The translations under genes and the position numbers were made by a program. Shown here in pieces: positions 1 through 11,645 of a stretch of DNA of 64,000 nt. Location of the stretch: positions 6,882,001-6,946,000 of the forward strand of contig CM102287.1 in the NCBI GenBank assembly GCA_046563655.1, in the 5' to 3' direction. The number at the start of each line of letters is the position of its first letter. The stretch's first letter is position 1. The DNA comes from Yuukianura sp. NJ FZ-2021. Lineage: Eukaryota. Below the pieces are notes generated by a model, which was not told where the DNA came from, made no database searches, and saw only the letters and a program-made list of their open reading frames with translations.

Positions 1-1785
1 GAAGAAAGTTCTGCGGACGAGGGAAAGTATGAAACTCAATTAAACGAACACTCCCCTCTCCCTACAGTACACAATGTCCAACGACACAAAGATCCACACT
101 TTCTCTATGTTAGGTTAACCTAACTTCTAGAGTAGAAACTACAACGCTGGAAGAAGGGGACTTTCCTTGGAAGTGAAACTAAAAATAGGGAAGAGGGGAA
201 AGTGTAATTTAGTTATCCATGTGGATCTGACGTGATCTTTCTCTCCCATTTCTCACCATCTCAAGGGACATGAGCACATCAAGAGAAAGTCTTTTTTCCA
301 AAAATAGAAACTCAAAACTTATTTGAATTTTAAAATGATTCTTTCCTTTGAAGTTTTCAAAAAAAAAAGTTTTCAAAGTCAAGAGAAAGCGCTCAAGCCA
401 AACCTCAAAAAATATTTCCATATTTTATTATTTCAAGAATCGAAGGAATTAGTCACGGTCAAAGTTTTATTCGCGCGGATTTAAAAAGTCTTTGAGTTAA
501 GAGTTTTGGTGAAAGTAAAAATGTTACAAAATTTTGCAATGGAAACGTTTTTTTTTTAAGTAAGTTTGGAATGCTGAAGTGTCTGAATTTTCTGACGGAG
601 AGTGTTTCCTTTCTGAGTGTGGAAGCTGAGGAGAAAGTTGGTTTGAGATTGAGGTGGAAAGTGTTGATTTTGATTTATTTTGATTTTGATTGTGTTGATT
701 GTTGGAGTGGAAGGTGGCTGGTCAAACAAGTGGAGTTTCAGCATCCAATTTCCAGTGGCAGAGTCAACATGCCTCTCCCCTCTTCCTAAGTTAACGTTAG
801 GTTGGAGAGAAAGTTAGGTGCCGGAAGGGGATCGTGGAAATGGAGGAAGTTGGAATTGGAGAAAATAAAGTTGGATTTGGGCGGGAGAAAAGAGATAAGA
901 GAACTTTCTCCTTTCACTTGACTAACTTCAACTTCCACGTTCTCCCTTCCTTAATTGGAACCCCAACACCATCTCACACTTCCAACAATCCATAAATCAG
1001 ACTCAACCAGAAGATCCACACAGGCACTGGACCCACCTCCCCCTGCTCCACCCAACCCCCTCACTCAGCCCCACCCCACCCCCTGTCAGCCCAAAGTGAA
1101 AGTGTTGGTCCAACTCCGCCAATTACTCACAATTACCACCTCCATTCACTCCCAAAACCTACACTTAAAAGGAGATGAAAGAGAAAGCAAATAAGTAAAA
1201 ATACAATTCCATAGATCTATCACACAGACCAGCTGGTCAACAGCAAAGAAATCCACAGGCAAACAGTTCAACGGCAAAAAATCGACAAGCAACTGGATCA
1301 ATAAAACTTCAAAAAATGAGGCCTTATTTTTCTCATAAAAATGAATCAAAGATTTTGAGTTATTCGAAGGAAATTGTTGGAATTTGAAAGCAATTTTAGA
1401 GTTTTTTGGGGCCTTTACTTAGCGCTATGATTCATGGAAAATTGAATAGATTCAAATGACTTTCACTTTCCAGATTTTGCTTTAATTCCTCCATTGTTCT
1501 TGTGCAACACAGAGTGTTATAAGGGGAGGTAGAAAATGAATTTCCGTTTTCCGTTGGAATAATCAACTAATTCCGCATGTCAGTAGAAGGTGTTGCCACG
1601 AGTTCAATTCACAAATTAGCACTTGCTTTCCCCACACAAACTCCATTGGAATCCCAGAGGAAAGTGGAGAATAATTAAAGGGAGAGGAGACAACGCTGTT
1701 CAGCATCTAGCAGATGCTGCAGCGGACGCTGTTTCCAATTTTTAAAAAATGGAGAAAGCCAGATGTCACACTCTATCCCCGCCTC

Positions 1786-1839
1786 ATTCAAATTCACTCT
1801 CCATTTTCACTTTTTTAAAAATGGAGAGTGAATTTGAAT
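1786..1839. repeat. Perfect 22-bp inverted repeat with a 10-nt loop
   Basis: ATTCAAATTCACTCTCCATTTT (1786-1807) and AAAATGGAGAGTGAATTTGAAT (1818-1839). Confidence 0.9.
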
Positions 1840-3211
1840 TTCCACTTTCTTAAAAATTGCTTTTTCTAAATAAGTTTTCTCTCATACGTATCACTTTCAG
1901 GAAAAAAAAACAGTTTTTGGCATTCGACATTCCAAGTCCAAAATGTGTTTTTGATTGGACGGAATTTTTGGCGCTTTCACCACGTTTAGATTCAGTTTTA
2001 GGTCATGGAAAAACGACCTCTTGAGTTTTTTTTTTTTCGATACCAATCATACTGTTTTCCCTTGAGAATATTTCTGTTGGCAGGACTCATTTCTGGAGTT
2101 ATTGGTTGTGATTGAATGGAGCAACTGAGTCATGTCGAGACGTGGGGTCAGGGGCTTGGGTCCCTTGAGATAGGTTAGGTTAGGCATAGCTGGGAAAGCT
2201 GAAATGACAAAGTGAATGGGATTGGACGCACTGCACCACTTAAAATGACAACTTCAATCAGAGTCCTGGTGACACGGAAAGAGTCATTCCCAGTGTCACC
2301 TTGTCGTCACTACTAAGAAGACGGAGGTCATGACCTCCCTTGACGGAGAATCCAGAATAATTGAATGATTTCATTGGATGGAGACTTGGAATAGCTTAGG
2401 TAACTTGAAACTGGAATGCCCGTGGTGCCTGGAGAGAAAAGATAAGGAAATCCAGGAGGGCAATTACAGTGGGAACGCAGAGAGAAAGAAATCGGTCCAT
2501 AAAACTTTCACATCAATCAGCATCAACTCTCTCTGCTTTCTCCACATCAAGAAAACAGAACGCCACAGAAGAAGAATTGGGAATGTCAAAAAGTAAAAGA
2601 AACATTTGTGTTTGAACTTTCTTCTGGAACGGAAGGCTAATCACTGATACGCTTTGATGTTTTAGTGTTTTCAGAAATATACAAAGTCGTGGCGTATATG
2701 AACCGTAAAACCGCGACATCTACCGCCCGTACAAACTATGAAGCGGCTTTATTTTCGCGAATACGCACATTCTGAAATAAGTCAAGCTGGAAATCGTAAT
2801 GGATTTGATCGATTTGAAGCCTGCCGCCAATAAAGTAATCTCAACAGTTCTGTATATCTTCTTGAAAATGGACAATGAAAGTATTATATTACAAATTACA
2901 ATTAAAACTATTTATGTTGTACATCAATACAAGAATGGGCATTGTTATTATTATACTAAAATTCTTAAAATGTTAAATACTGTTAGAGTACTTATATTGT
3001 CCTCAAATTTTTAAAACTTGTAGTCCGCAACTGTACGAATGCAGCAAACTTAATATTACCATATTCTAAAAATAATTCACCAACACTATTCAAACAAGCT
3101 TAAATTATTGTGCGATCTTCAATTCTTGTTTAATTATCCACACCTATTATTCGTTTCTGGTAGTCGGTCAAATGGAAATGAACGTTTGGATCCAAATGCA
3201 TGACTTCCTGA

Positions 3212-3644
3212 TTAAGGAGTCACGGATTCTTCCACAAAAGATTCGACCACATCTCCGCTCATGCCATCATCTTTAAAAACAAATTCCAAATTATTAGATT
3301 TCAAAAATTTGTTTAAAAAAAAACGAAAATGTCAAAACAGCTTATTAGTATTACCACTCGCTTACCGTTGGTGGCAAATTCCTGTTCTTCAATTTCAATA
3401 TTCGCTATTTCATCACTGGCAACAGTTGAAGTGAAAGTGGAACTGATCGTCGCCTTGATATTATGCGTACTCTTCAAATGATGGTGAAGAATTGTAGTTG
3501 ATCCATCGTACATTTTATAAACTCTGGACTCTCCATTTTCATTGCAAATGTTGCATTGGGCTTTGCTTGATTCCCAATCCCTGAATTTGGTAAAGTAGTT
3601 CCATATTGCACTTTTGTGGGAACTCCGACGACGCTGTTTCCTCT
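3212..3644 (-). CDS. BED cassette 14, most distal (exons 3644-3366, 3270-3212)
   Basis: ttttcag|AG phase 1; KSAIWNYF..AQCNIC..GSTTILHHHLKSTH; donor G|gtaagc joins a short acidic tail exon DDGMSGDVVESFVEESVTP*. Confidence 0.85.
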
Positions 3645-3885
3645 CTGAAAACATACAAAACCAAACGATGTTTTAAAAACTATACATCCAATAAAATTAC
3701 AATATCGCTGCATCTTTTTTTTACACAAATGAATCAAACGATGCAAACATGTATACCATTTTTTCTGAAACGTTGTGTTTTATTTATCCAAAAAAAAAAA
3801 ACTATACAAATGAAGTACAGTAATGTAAGATACGCATGGAAAAACTCAAGAGAAGTGATATCTTAGTAAGGAAAATTTGGGAAAT

Positions 3886-4166
3886 TTATTGAAACTGTGT
3901 ATCAGTGATGTCGAAAGAGTCTTCAAGTTTCGTCGAACTGTCGTGCAGTAACGCAGCAATTTGCATTGTGTGCTCCGTAGTGGTGTTGTGTCTCTCGTAA
4001 TGTTGTCTGAGCCTTTCCACTTTAGAACTGACGAGTGTATTGCATGTAAGACACTTTTGCTTCAACATTCCGTCAACTACTACTTCTGTGAATTTAGTCC
4101 AAACCGGATGTCTCCCTCTCGCGGGTCTCCTGACTTCTGGCCTGTTAGGCCAGTCAAAAATTTCAT
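3886..4166 (-). CDS. BED cassette 13 (related to cassette 3)
   Basis: gttgcag|AT phase 1; GRHPVWTKFTEVVVDGMLKQKCLTCNTLVSSKVERLRQHYERH..FQ*. Confidence 0.82.
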
Positions 4167-4430
4167 CTGCAACGGAAAAAAAGTTTCAAAGTAAAACAAG
4201 CGTTTTTTAAAGTTTCTCCAAATTTTTAAACGTATTATGTAATTAAAACTGTTAAACAAATTAAAACTAATGGAAAAATACCGCCGTAGTCGTTTCATCC
4301 GAATGAACGTCACTAGTTAGGATAAACTAATATTTATTGCTATATTTTGCTAACAAAGGTGATCCAAATAACTGTTTAATTTTTGAAAAAGTGATGTATT
4401 TACATTGTGTTTTAAAAGTTGACAAAACGT

Positions 4431-4712
4431 TCATAATTTGGTAGAATTTTCCATGAGTCCGGGATGAGCACTTTTTAAATGCAGTAGGGCTTTTGTGTTA
4501 CTTACGTGAGCTTTGCCCATTTTGTACATTCGTCGAATTACTAAATACTTAATTACAACTAATTCAAAAAATGCGTTTGATTTGTGATATGGTTGCTTGC
4601 ATGGCTGTACAAATGTCACACACTGCTACTAATTCTTCTCCATCAACTGTTTGCAAACTGAAGTACTTCCAAACTACGCTATGAGTCGAGCAACCTCTTA
4701 CCGTTTTTGAAT
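4431..4712 (-). pseudogene. BED cassette 12, internal splice sites degenerate
   Basis: HSVVWKYF..AVCDICTA / MYKMGKAHVSNTKALLHLKSAHPG. The homologous donor reads gcaagc and the homologous acceptor reads gacg; nearby AGs are out of frame or hit stops. Confidence 0.65.
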
Positions 4713-5023
4713 CTGTTTAAATTCTATTGAATTTTTAACTTTTTAGTAACAAACAATCTTCGATCTCATTTTACATTGATTGTGTGATTTGCGGCACTTT
4801 GGAAATATTTCAACTAAGCAGCAGAATATTATACCAGAATCAGAATTTAACGAAGATTAGCAATTCGCTACGCAGAAAATAGAACTTTTAATTACAAGCA
4901 TCAATTATCAATTTGTAAATTACAAACAATAACTGGTAAATTAAGATTCGAAACGTTACATAATACAATTCAAACATTTAGTAAATGTAGAAGTGTGCAT
5001 GTAACAGTGCTAACACTAAATTC

Positions 5024-5350
5024 TTATTCAGGAATGCTTGTCGAGTTTTCCAGTGTTCCTGGATGAAATGTGTTTAAATGGCGTCGTAGGTTCGAAGTAC
5101 TCCCGTCAGCCTTAGACATTCTGTACATTCTGTGAAAACAACAATTCAGACATTATAGGAATCTGCAGAATTACTAACAAATAATTTATTGCAATTAACT
5201 AAAAGATACCCTTAATTTTTGAATTTTAAGCTTACACATCTGGACAAATGTTACAAACTGCAAATCGTTCTCCCTCAATTTCCTGTTTACTGAAGGAGTT
5301 CCAAATTGGATTACGAGTTGAATAACTTCTTGAACGAGGTCCCTTCGAAT
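5024..5350 (-). CDS. BED cassette 11 (two exons)
   Basis: ..TRNPIWNSFSKQEIEGERFAVCNICPDV/MYRMSKADGSTSNLRRHLNTFHPGTLENSTSIPE*. Confidence 0.88.
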
Positions 5351-5651
5351 CTGTCCAAATTCGTATTTTGAAGGTTTAGCAATAAGAATAACATTCGAAT
5401 TATCATTTCAATTTGATTAAGTTATATTTCCGACACCTTGGGAAAATATCAAATAGAACTTTTCAAAAATCAAATAACGATTCGCAATTCAGTATTCCGT
5501 AAAATGGCAAAAAGGCTTTTATTATAAACATTGCAAACAATTGCTCACCTGAGAAGTAAAGCGCTAAACCTTACAAGATACACAGAGAACCAAAGGTGTG
5601 CACTTATTTCTGACAACAAATTTAAAATTTTAGGAAATGTTAATTGTTAAT

Positions 5652-5957
5652 TCAGTTTTCCAACGATCCGGGATGAACTTTGATGAGATGCCGACGCATG
5701 GTTCCAGTACTTCCGTCTTTGGGCATCTTGTACATTCTAACAAAAATAAATTCAGGTATTAAAAATTAACCTTCTAATTAGAATTTAGTTAGGTAAATTC
5801 GTATAAACGTTAACTTTGATTTTAACTTACACATCGGAACAAATACTGCAGACTGCATGTCGTTCTCCACCAACTTCCGTGAGACTGAAGAACTTCCAAA
5901 CTGGACTCTGATGTTCGAGACTTCTTTTTCCAATTTGTTTGGCAAAACATATCGAAT
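5652..5957 (-). CDS. BED cassette 10 (two exons)
   Basis: ..HQSPVWKFFSLTEVGGERHAVCSICSDV/MYKMPKDGSTGTMRRHLIKVHPGSLEN*. Confidence 0.88.
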
Positions 5958-6411
5958 CTGTTCCATATTTGTTTCAAAAATTTGAAGTTATTTTTTGTCC
6001 AGAAATTATATTTTACTTAAAACCTTTAATTCACGCCCTCCCCCATCCCATTTAGAGCCGCGTCGCTTTGGTCAAGGATTCGGGTAAACGAAGAATAAAA
6101 AAAACATATCCAATTTTTGTATTGCACTAAACTTTATTGATTTTGTCAGACAAAAAATACAATGTATAAAACAACATATTTTTTAACTAACAGCTAAATA
6201 GAGAGTGGTTAAATAGCAAACAAAGTAAATACACGGATCTTTATCAAACATTTATACACGAATCTAACAGAATTTAATATAAACAGCATTTACTGTAGTA
6301 GTGTTTTGTATATATCATCCGCGTAATATTTACAATTTTCAGAATGATTTCAAAATTTTTTGATTTCATCAAAATTATTTCTGGGATGGGTGCTCCACAG
6401 AAAGGAAAGCA

Positions 6412-6720
6412 TCATTCGTTTTTACTCTCTTGAAGTACTTCAGGATGAATATTTTTCAAATGTAATAGCAAGATAGTAGTAGGTCGAGTAGGTTGAAGTT
6501 TGTATCGTCTAAAAACAAAAATATTATTACATATTATATTACAAAATTATGTACAATTATTATATAAAATTAAATGAAAGCGAAACTTACTTGTCTGGGC
6601 AGAGGTTGCAATAAGCAAAGGCAGTTCCATCAGTATTTTCTTCTCGGAAGTGTTCCCAGACTGGACTGCGTTTCTGGACTCCACTTTGCTTTCGTCCTCC
6701 AACTGTACCAAATTTTGAAT
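6412..6720 (-). CDS. BED cassette 9 (two exons, paralog of cassette 8)
   Basis: ..QKRSPVWEHFREENTDGTAFAYCNLCPDK/RYKLQPTRPTTILLLHLKNIHPEVLQESKNE*. Confidence 0.88.
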
Positions 6721-6996
6721 CTGTTTCAATTGGGAATTCACAATTTGTCATTTTCGAAATGAATCAGATGTACTTGTACTAAAACCACAATAAATTAACC
6801 ACCGAGCATTTCACCACCTCAAATCTCCAGCTTGAATGTGATTTCCCCCGAAAATATTTCATATAGTGATCCCATTGGTAGAAAAAGAAAATGAATTTTA
6901 TTGAATCCAAAAATTAAGACGTGTTTTATAAAAACCAAATAAATTTGCTAGACTTAAATAGTTAATATTAATTTAGCGTTTTGGTTGAAACTGGTT

Positions 6997-7338
6997 TCAA
7001 GCTGGGTTATGGCGCGATTCGCCAAATATTCCGTCATAATCTGCAAGTATTCCTGGATGAGCTCCTTTTAAATGGAATAGCAAGATAGAAGTAGTTCTAG
7101 AAGATGAGAGTTTGTATCGCCTAAAAAAACAGATCGTCATCAATATTCATTGCAGTTATACTTATTAAAAATTCATTCTTTTTAAATACTATAATGTAAA
7201 CTCACTTTTCTGGGCAGTGGTTGCAATAAGCAAAACATTGTCCTTCGATATTTCGTTCGATGAAATGATCCCAAACCACGCTGCGTCTCAGTCCAAGACC
7301 GACTTGCTTACATCGTCCAATTTCATCCAATGTTGTAT
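6997..7338 (-). CDS. BED cassette 8 (two exons)
   Basis: ..GLRRSVVWDHFIERNIEGQCFAYCNHCPEK/RYKLSSSRTTSILLFHLKGAHPGILADYDGIFGESRHNPA*. Confidence 0.88.
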
Positions 7339-7480
7339 CTGTTCGAATTTTCAATTTTCAAAACTCAACTCAACAACTTATGAAATACGAATGCACACCG
7401 ATTTTGAAAAACGTAAAACAAAGGCAGCAAGTTTTCCACACAAAATACCGCCGAAGCGAACTATTACCTACAAGTCTGTG

Positions 7481-7569
7481 GTACCCATAAGGACGTAAAA
7501 AGTACCCATAAAATAAATGTGGTACCCATAAATAAAGTTGTACCCATAAAAGAAATGCGGTACCCATAA
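7481..7569. repeat. Five copies of GTACCCATAA at 18-21 bp period
   Basis: Copies start at 7481, 7502, 7522, 7540 and 7560. Confidence 0.9.
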
Positions 7570-7771
7570 AATTTAGCTGAAAGGTGAATTTCCTCCTTGC
7601 CCAAGAGGAAAAAGAAAAAATCCTTTGGAATTCGAGAAGAGAAAAAAACTTATTTTTATTTTAAACTTCCATTCTAAACATATAAAAAGTGAGACATTTT
7701 TGAAATGTGGATAAATTAGACTACAAATATTAATACAGCACAAATGTAGATGCTGAAAAGATGTGTTTTCC

Positions 7772-8092
7772 TTAGTTACTAGTATTTTCCACAACGTCCG
7801 GGTGAAATCTTTTTAAATGCCGCCGGAGAGGTGTGGTGCTTCCATCCGCAGCGATCTTGTGAACGCTATAATAAAAATTGGTTTTAGTGACACGAAATTC
7901 CCGAGCTACGGCTACGTATCTTCTTGTAACGAATTAATTTAAAGTTATACAAATGAATGTATACTTACAAGTCTGGACAAATGTTGCAAACGGCTGACCG
8001 TTCTTCGTCCGTTTCGTTGCGCTTGAAATAGTACCAAACTGCACTCCTATGGCCAAGGCCCCGTCGCAGTTTTGTGACTTCCGATTTGCAAT
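7772..8092 (-). CDS. BED cassette 7 (two exons)
   Basis: DCKSEVTKLRRGLGHRSAVWYYFKRNETDEERSAVCNICPDF/VHKIAADGSTTPLRRHLKRFHPDVVENTSN*. Confidence 0.88.
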
Positions 8093-8422
8093 CTGTTTTC
8101 CAAATTCGCTTAATTTAATTTTTAGTCTTCAAAAATTAATTTTGGTGAGTCAGTACAAGTACAACTCCACAAATGCTTCTTTCAACAACTAAACTGGCAT
8201 TAGAAGTACAAAAGGTCAACAATAAATCAACTATATCAATAAATATCAATAAATCATATTATCCAAAAACGAAGAGCTCTAACCAGCCTATAGTTTATTC
8301 ATAGAGAGTTTAAGGAAAAGCGTAGTCAATCAATCTCTTAATTATTAATTAACAATAGGAAGTAATAAGTTAATTTGCTTATTAGCATTTAGTTTTCTTG
8401 CGGAACTACCAGCTTGTTAAAT

Positions 8423-8741
8423 TCAATTCCCAATGACCTTGCTGTGCAAGTTTTCTTCTGCAATTCTGGGGTGGACCTTGGCCAAATGCCGAAGCATGTT
8501 TCCAGTACTTCCGATACGTTTGCCCAACTTGTAGGTTCTATCAAAACAAAAGCAGTCAGTTAATCAATGATAACTTTCGTTAATTGCAGCTTTGATTTAA
8601 CACAAATTGGTCTTAAGATCACTTACACGTCACAACATAGGTCACACGTCGCATAGTACAGTCCGTCACTTTGGGTTGTGAGAGTAAAGTGATTCCAGGC
8701 AGCACTCGCAACTTTTTTGTCCAAAGGCAAGGACGTCAACT
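8423..8741 (-). CDS. BED cassette 6 (two exons: 8741-8627, 8537-8423)
   Basis: Phase-1 acceptor and an internal phase-2 GT-AG intron; ELTSLPLDKKVASAAWNHFTLTTQSDGLYYATCDLCCDVTYKLGKRIGSTGNMLRHLAKVHPRIAEENLHSKVIGN*. Confidence 0.88.
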
Positions 8742-8934
8742 CTGTTCCAAATTTGGTTTCGTAAGTTTAAGTTAATTAACTAAATGAATTTTTAGTGTCC
8801 CATGTGTGATTTATCCTAAACGCTATGGGGCAATAACGACGCTAGCACAATTTCTGAAGTGAAGAATAATTATTCAAGTTATTTTATTTAGTTAAATAAT
8901 TTTGTTACACGAAACTAATTGAAGAATTGTAACT

Positions 8935-9170
8935 TTAAGATGAAATTTTCTGCAACTTCTCTGCTTCATATATTTCGTATTCTGCGGGATGGTATCGCTC
9001 CAAGTGCCTAACCATACCCTTGGATGAGGAGCCCCTTCCAATTCCATGCCAAACTTCAGCCTTACAAAAGCATTTTGCTTTCTTTGGATCGGATGCTTGC
9101 GTAAAAAATTTCCAAATAGGACTTCTAAAGCTGCCCTTCGATCTCGGTTTCGTATTGCTTGACACATCAA
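8935..9170 (-). CDS. BED cassette 5 (paralog of cassette 4)
   Basis: gaattgcag|TT phase 1; RSPIWKFF..AKCFCKAEVWHGIGRGSSSKGMVRHLERYHP..*. Confidence 0.85.
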
Positions 9171-9671
9171 CTGCAATTCAATCCAAACATACGTCACGAT
9201 GTTTAAGAGTTTCCGCTTCATTTCACAGTGAACTTTACTACAAACACTGGCTGTAAGCAGCAAGCAACCCGCAATGTAAGTTTTATACCCCCTCCCCATA
9301 AGTAATCATTTACCAAAATGTTTAGAATATACGTAAATTCATATATTATTGTACATGTAACAGTATAAGTACTAACATATTAAACAGATATTGGACATTA
9401 CATGTACCATGCACATCTAATACATATCAAATATATCATATTATATTATAATTTATTAGTATTACGTAGTAATATTACAATAGTGCACAATGTGATCTGA
9501 ATACTACACATTTACAACTGAAATCAGTAAATTGCAGATTCATCATGTTAAAAATTGCCGAGACTACTCTAGTATCAGAAACAGTGATAAAAAACTGAAC
9601 ATTCAAATATTGAAAGGAGCGAACCGTACGCTACCAACTTCGTTCAAATTGAGATTCAATCAATTATTGTT

Positions 9672-9946
9672 TCACTCAGGTTCCTCCTTAGCCTTCACCC
9701 CACAAATAAGTCCTGTTACTTTTTCTTTCTCTGCAGCGTAAAGTTCATATTCATCGGGATGACGGCGCTGCAAATGCCTGGCCATATTGATGCAAGTAGC
9801 TCCACGCCCAATTGCACCACGAGAAATTTCCACAGAGCAAAAGCATGTCGTTCTCTTGGGATCGTCGGGGCATTCGGTAAAGAAGTTCCAAATCGGATTT
9901 TTATACTTCCCTGGCTGTCCTAATCGTGGCACCTTTGGCCCCTCAA
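9672..9946 (-). CDS. BED cassette 4
   Basis: gaattgcag|TT phase 1; KNPIWNFF..TTCFCSVEISRGAIGRGATCINMARHLQRRHP..*. Confidence 0.85.
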
Positions 9947-10641
9947 CTGCAATTCAAAATCACAAATAGAGTTGTCCTTTAGTTTTAACTCACATTCAAC
10001 GCCATTTTCGGCACAATTTTAACCTTGAATTTGGATCAACTGCTTTACTGTGGAAATTTCTCTGGCAAAAGCATCGCTCGCCGTTCTAGTTTTTTTTTTA
10101 ATTGAAAAAACCGAAACCCGAAAGCAACCCCCTCCCCGCCCCGCTAGCTCGTTGATTGATTGGCTTTGTATACTAAAAATCCCCATCAAACGAAGTATAT
10201 GGGAGCAGCGCAAGAATGTGGAGCAGCTAACTGTGGAGATTAGACTGGTAAAACAAGCTTCCCATTTTGGATTCCTGCATCTCCAGTATTCCTGTCCACT
10301 TGAAGCCGTTTTATCGAAAACGTGCCAATGGTAGGTCACAAAAATTTTTTTTTTATTTCTTTTTGTAGTCCTTACTACTTATGTACTCCTAAAATAAAAT
10401 AAAATTCGGATTTAATAATAAAACCACGCTAGATATCATTTAAAGAAACGGCAACAAATCACACAGTGCTTGTGTGTAGGGAATTTAAACTTAGCGTGAA
10501 ATAACGAACTTCGTGTGTTCGGTTGACACCATAGCTGTTCAAGAGGTGATACTGGATTCGCAGGTGTATATAGAATCACTTCCTCCAGAACCTGAAAAAT
10601 AATACAAGTAAAGTAAGTACGAACGAAGAAAAGCAGTAAGG

Positions 10642-10892
10642 CTAGATTGAACATAAAATCATTAAGACTTGCCTTTGGTCGTTGATTCGTGTCGTAGCTT
10701 TTGTACATTTTTGGAAGTGTGTCCGGAGTCGGTCAGCCTTAGCACTCACTTTATCACCACAGTTGATACACTGTTGGATTTTTTTGGTAATGCCACTTGA
10801 TTCTGTGACAGTAATTTCTTCATAGTTAGCCCAAACCGGGTCTTTCCCATTGCCAGCACGTAGGCGACGCGCTTTCCTCAAGGCTACTTCAT
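10642..10892 (-). CDS. BED cassette 3 (C2HC type)
   Basis: ctttttag|AT phase 1; GKDPVWANY..QQCINCGDKVSAKADRLRTHFQKC. The 3' end is uncertain (possible GC donor AAG|gcaagt). Confidence 0.8.
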
Positions 10893-11133
10893 CTAAAAAG
10901 TCAAATTTACCCAAGTTCTGTTCATCACCTAACGTCGACAATTTAGTCGATGGAAGCCCAGGAACTTAACCACTAAACTAAGCGAGTCCTTGCATCTCTG
11001 TCACTTATCTAATGCAAAAGTAACATTTTCTGGTGTTAAATGGATTCTTATTCTGACTTTGACCTAAGATTGTAAACAAAAAGATTTGACAGTTCTCAAA
11101 GGCTGAGTACTGTGCGGAGTGTTGTACAATGCG

Positions 11134-11274
11134 TAGTGATGCAACGAGTACGAAGTACTACTTCGTTACTTCGTGCGAGTACATGCGAGTACGAGTACTC
11201 GCCATTACTCGTACTTCGCATCTGCAGTACTTCGTACTCGCAAAAAATTCAACGAGTACGAGGCAAGTACTTGC
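11134..11274. repeat. GAGTAC/GTACTC-rich patch, possible DNA-transposon subterminal remnant
   Basis: Ten GTAC cores in about 140 bp, with the motif in both orientations; starts with TAGTGATG. Confidence 0.6.
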
Positions 11275-11421
11275 TTTAAGCCAATAGCCAATATCAACTT
11301 TATTTTTAAATTTTTCTTCAAAATCCTTAAATTGACTGTGGAGAAAGCACGATTCTCTTTTGTAGGGTGAAAGTGAAAGTCCCAAGCAGTCTTTGTGAAG
11401 CATCCTTTGTAGTCCTTTGGG

Positions 11422-11645
11422 CTAACGTTGGTTTTCAGATTTAAGCAGTTGTGCGTAAATCTCCTTGTGTTTGAACTTTAAATGATTACGGAGACTGCTC
11501 GTAGCAATTCCATTCCCGAACTTGCACTTAACCTCGATTGAGCAGGCGTTACACTTCGCTTGGTCGGCAGTACGTTTGAAATAGTTCCAAATCTTGCTTA
11601 GCGTGCGCTTTGAGGAAGATGACCCGGGTTGTTGACATCGACCGT
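11422..11645 (-). CDS. BED cassette 2 (alternative last exon, contains no Met)
   Basis: cttatag|AC phase 1; DGRCQQPGSSSSKRTLSKIWNYFKRTADQAKCNACSIEVKCKFGNGIATSSLRNHLKFKHKEIYAQLLKSENQR*. Not in the ORF track. Confidence 0.9.

Noticed and set aside
1..2700. Short ORFs or an LTR-like region
   Set aside because: Low-complexity purine/pyrimidine-biased DNA with no recognisable protein motifs or long terminal repeats.
7481..7569. Repeat-spacer pattern as a CRISPR array
   Set aside because: Repeats are only 10 bp, spacers are 8-11 bp and similar to each other, and there are no cas genes.
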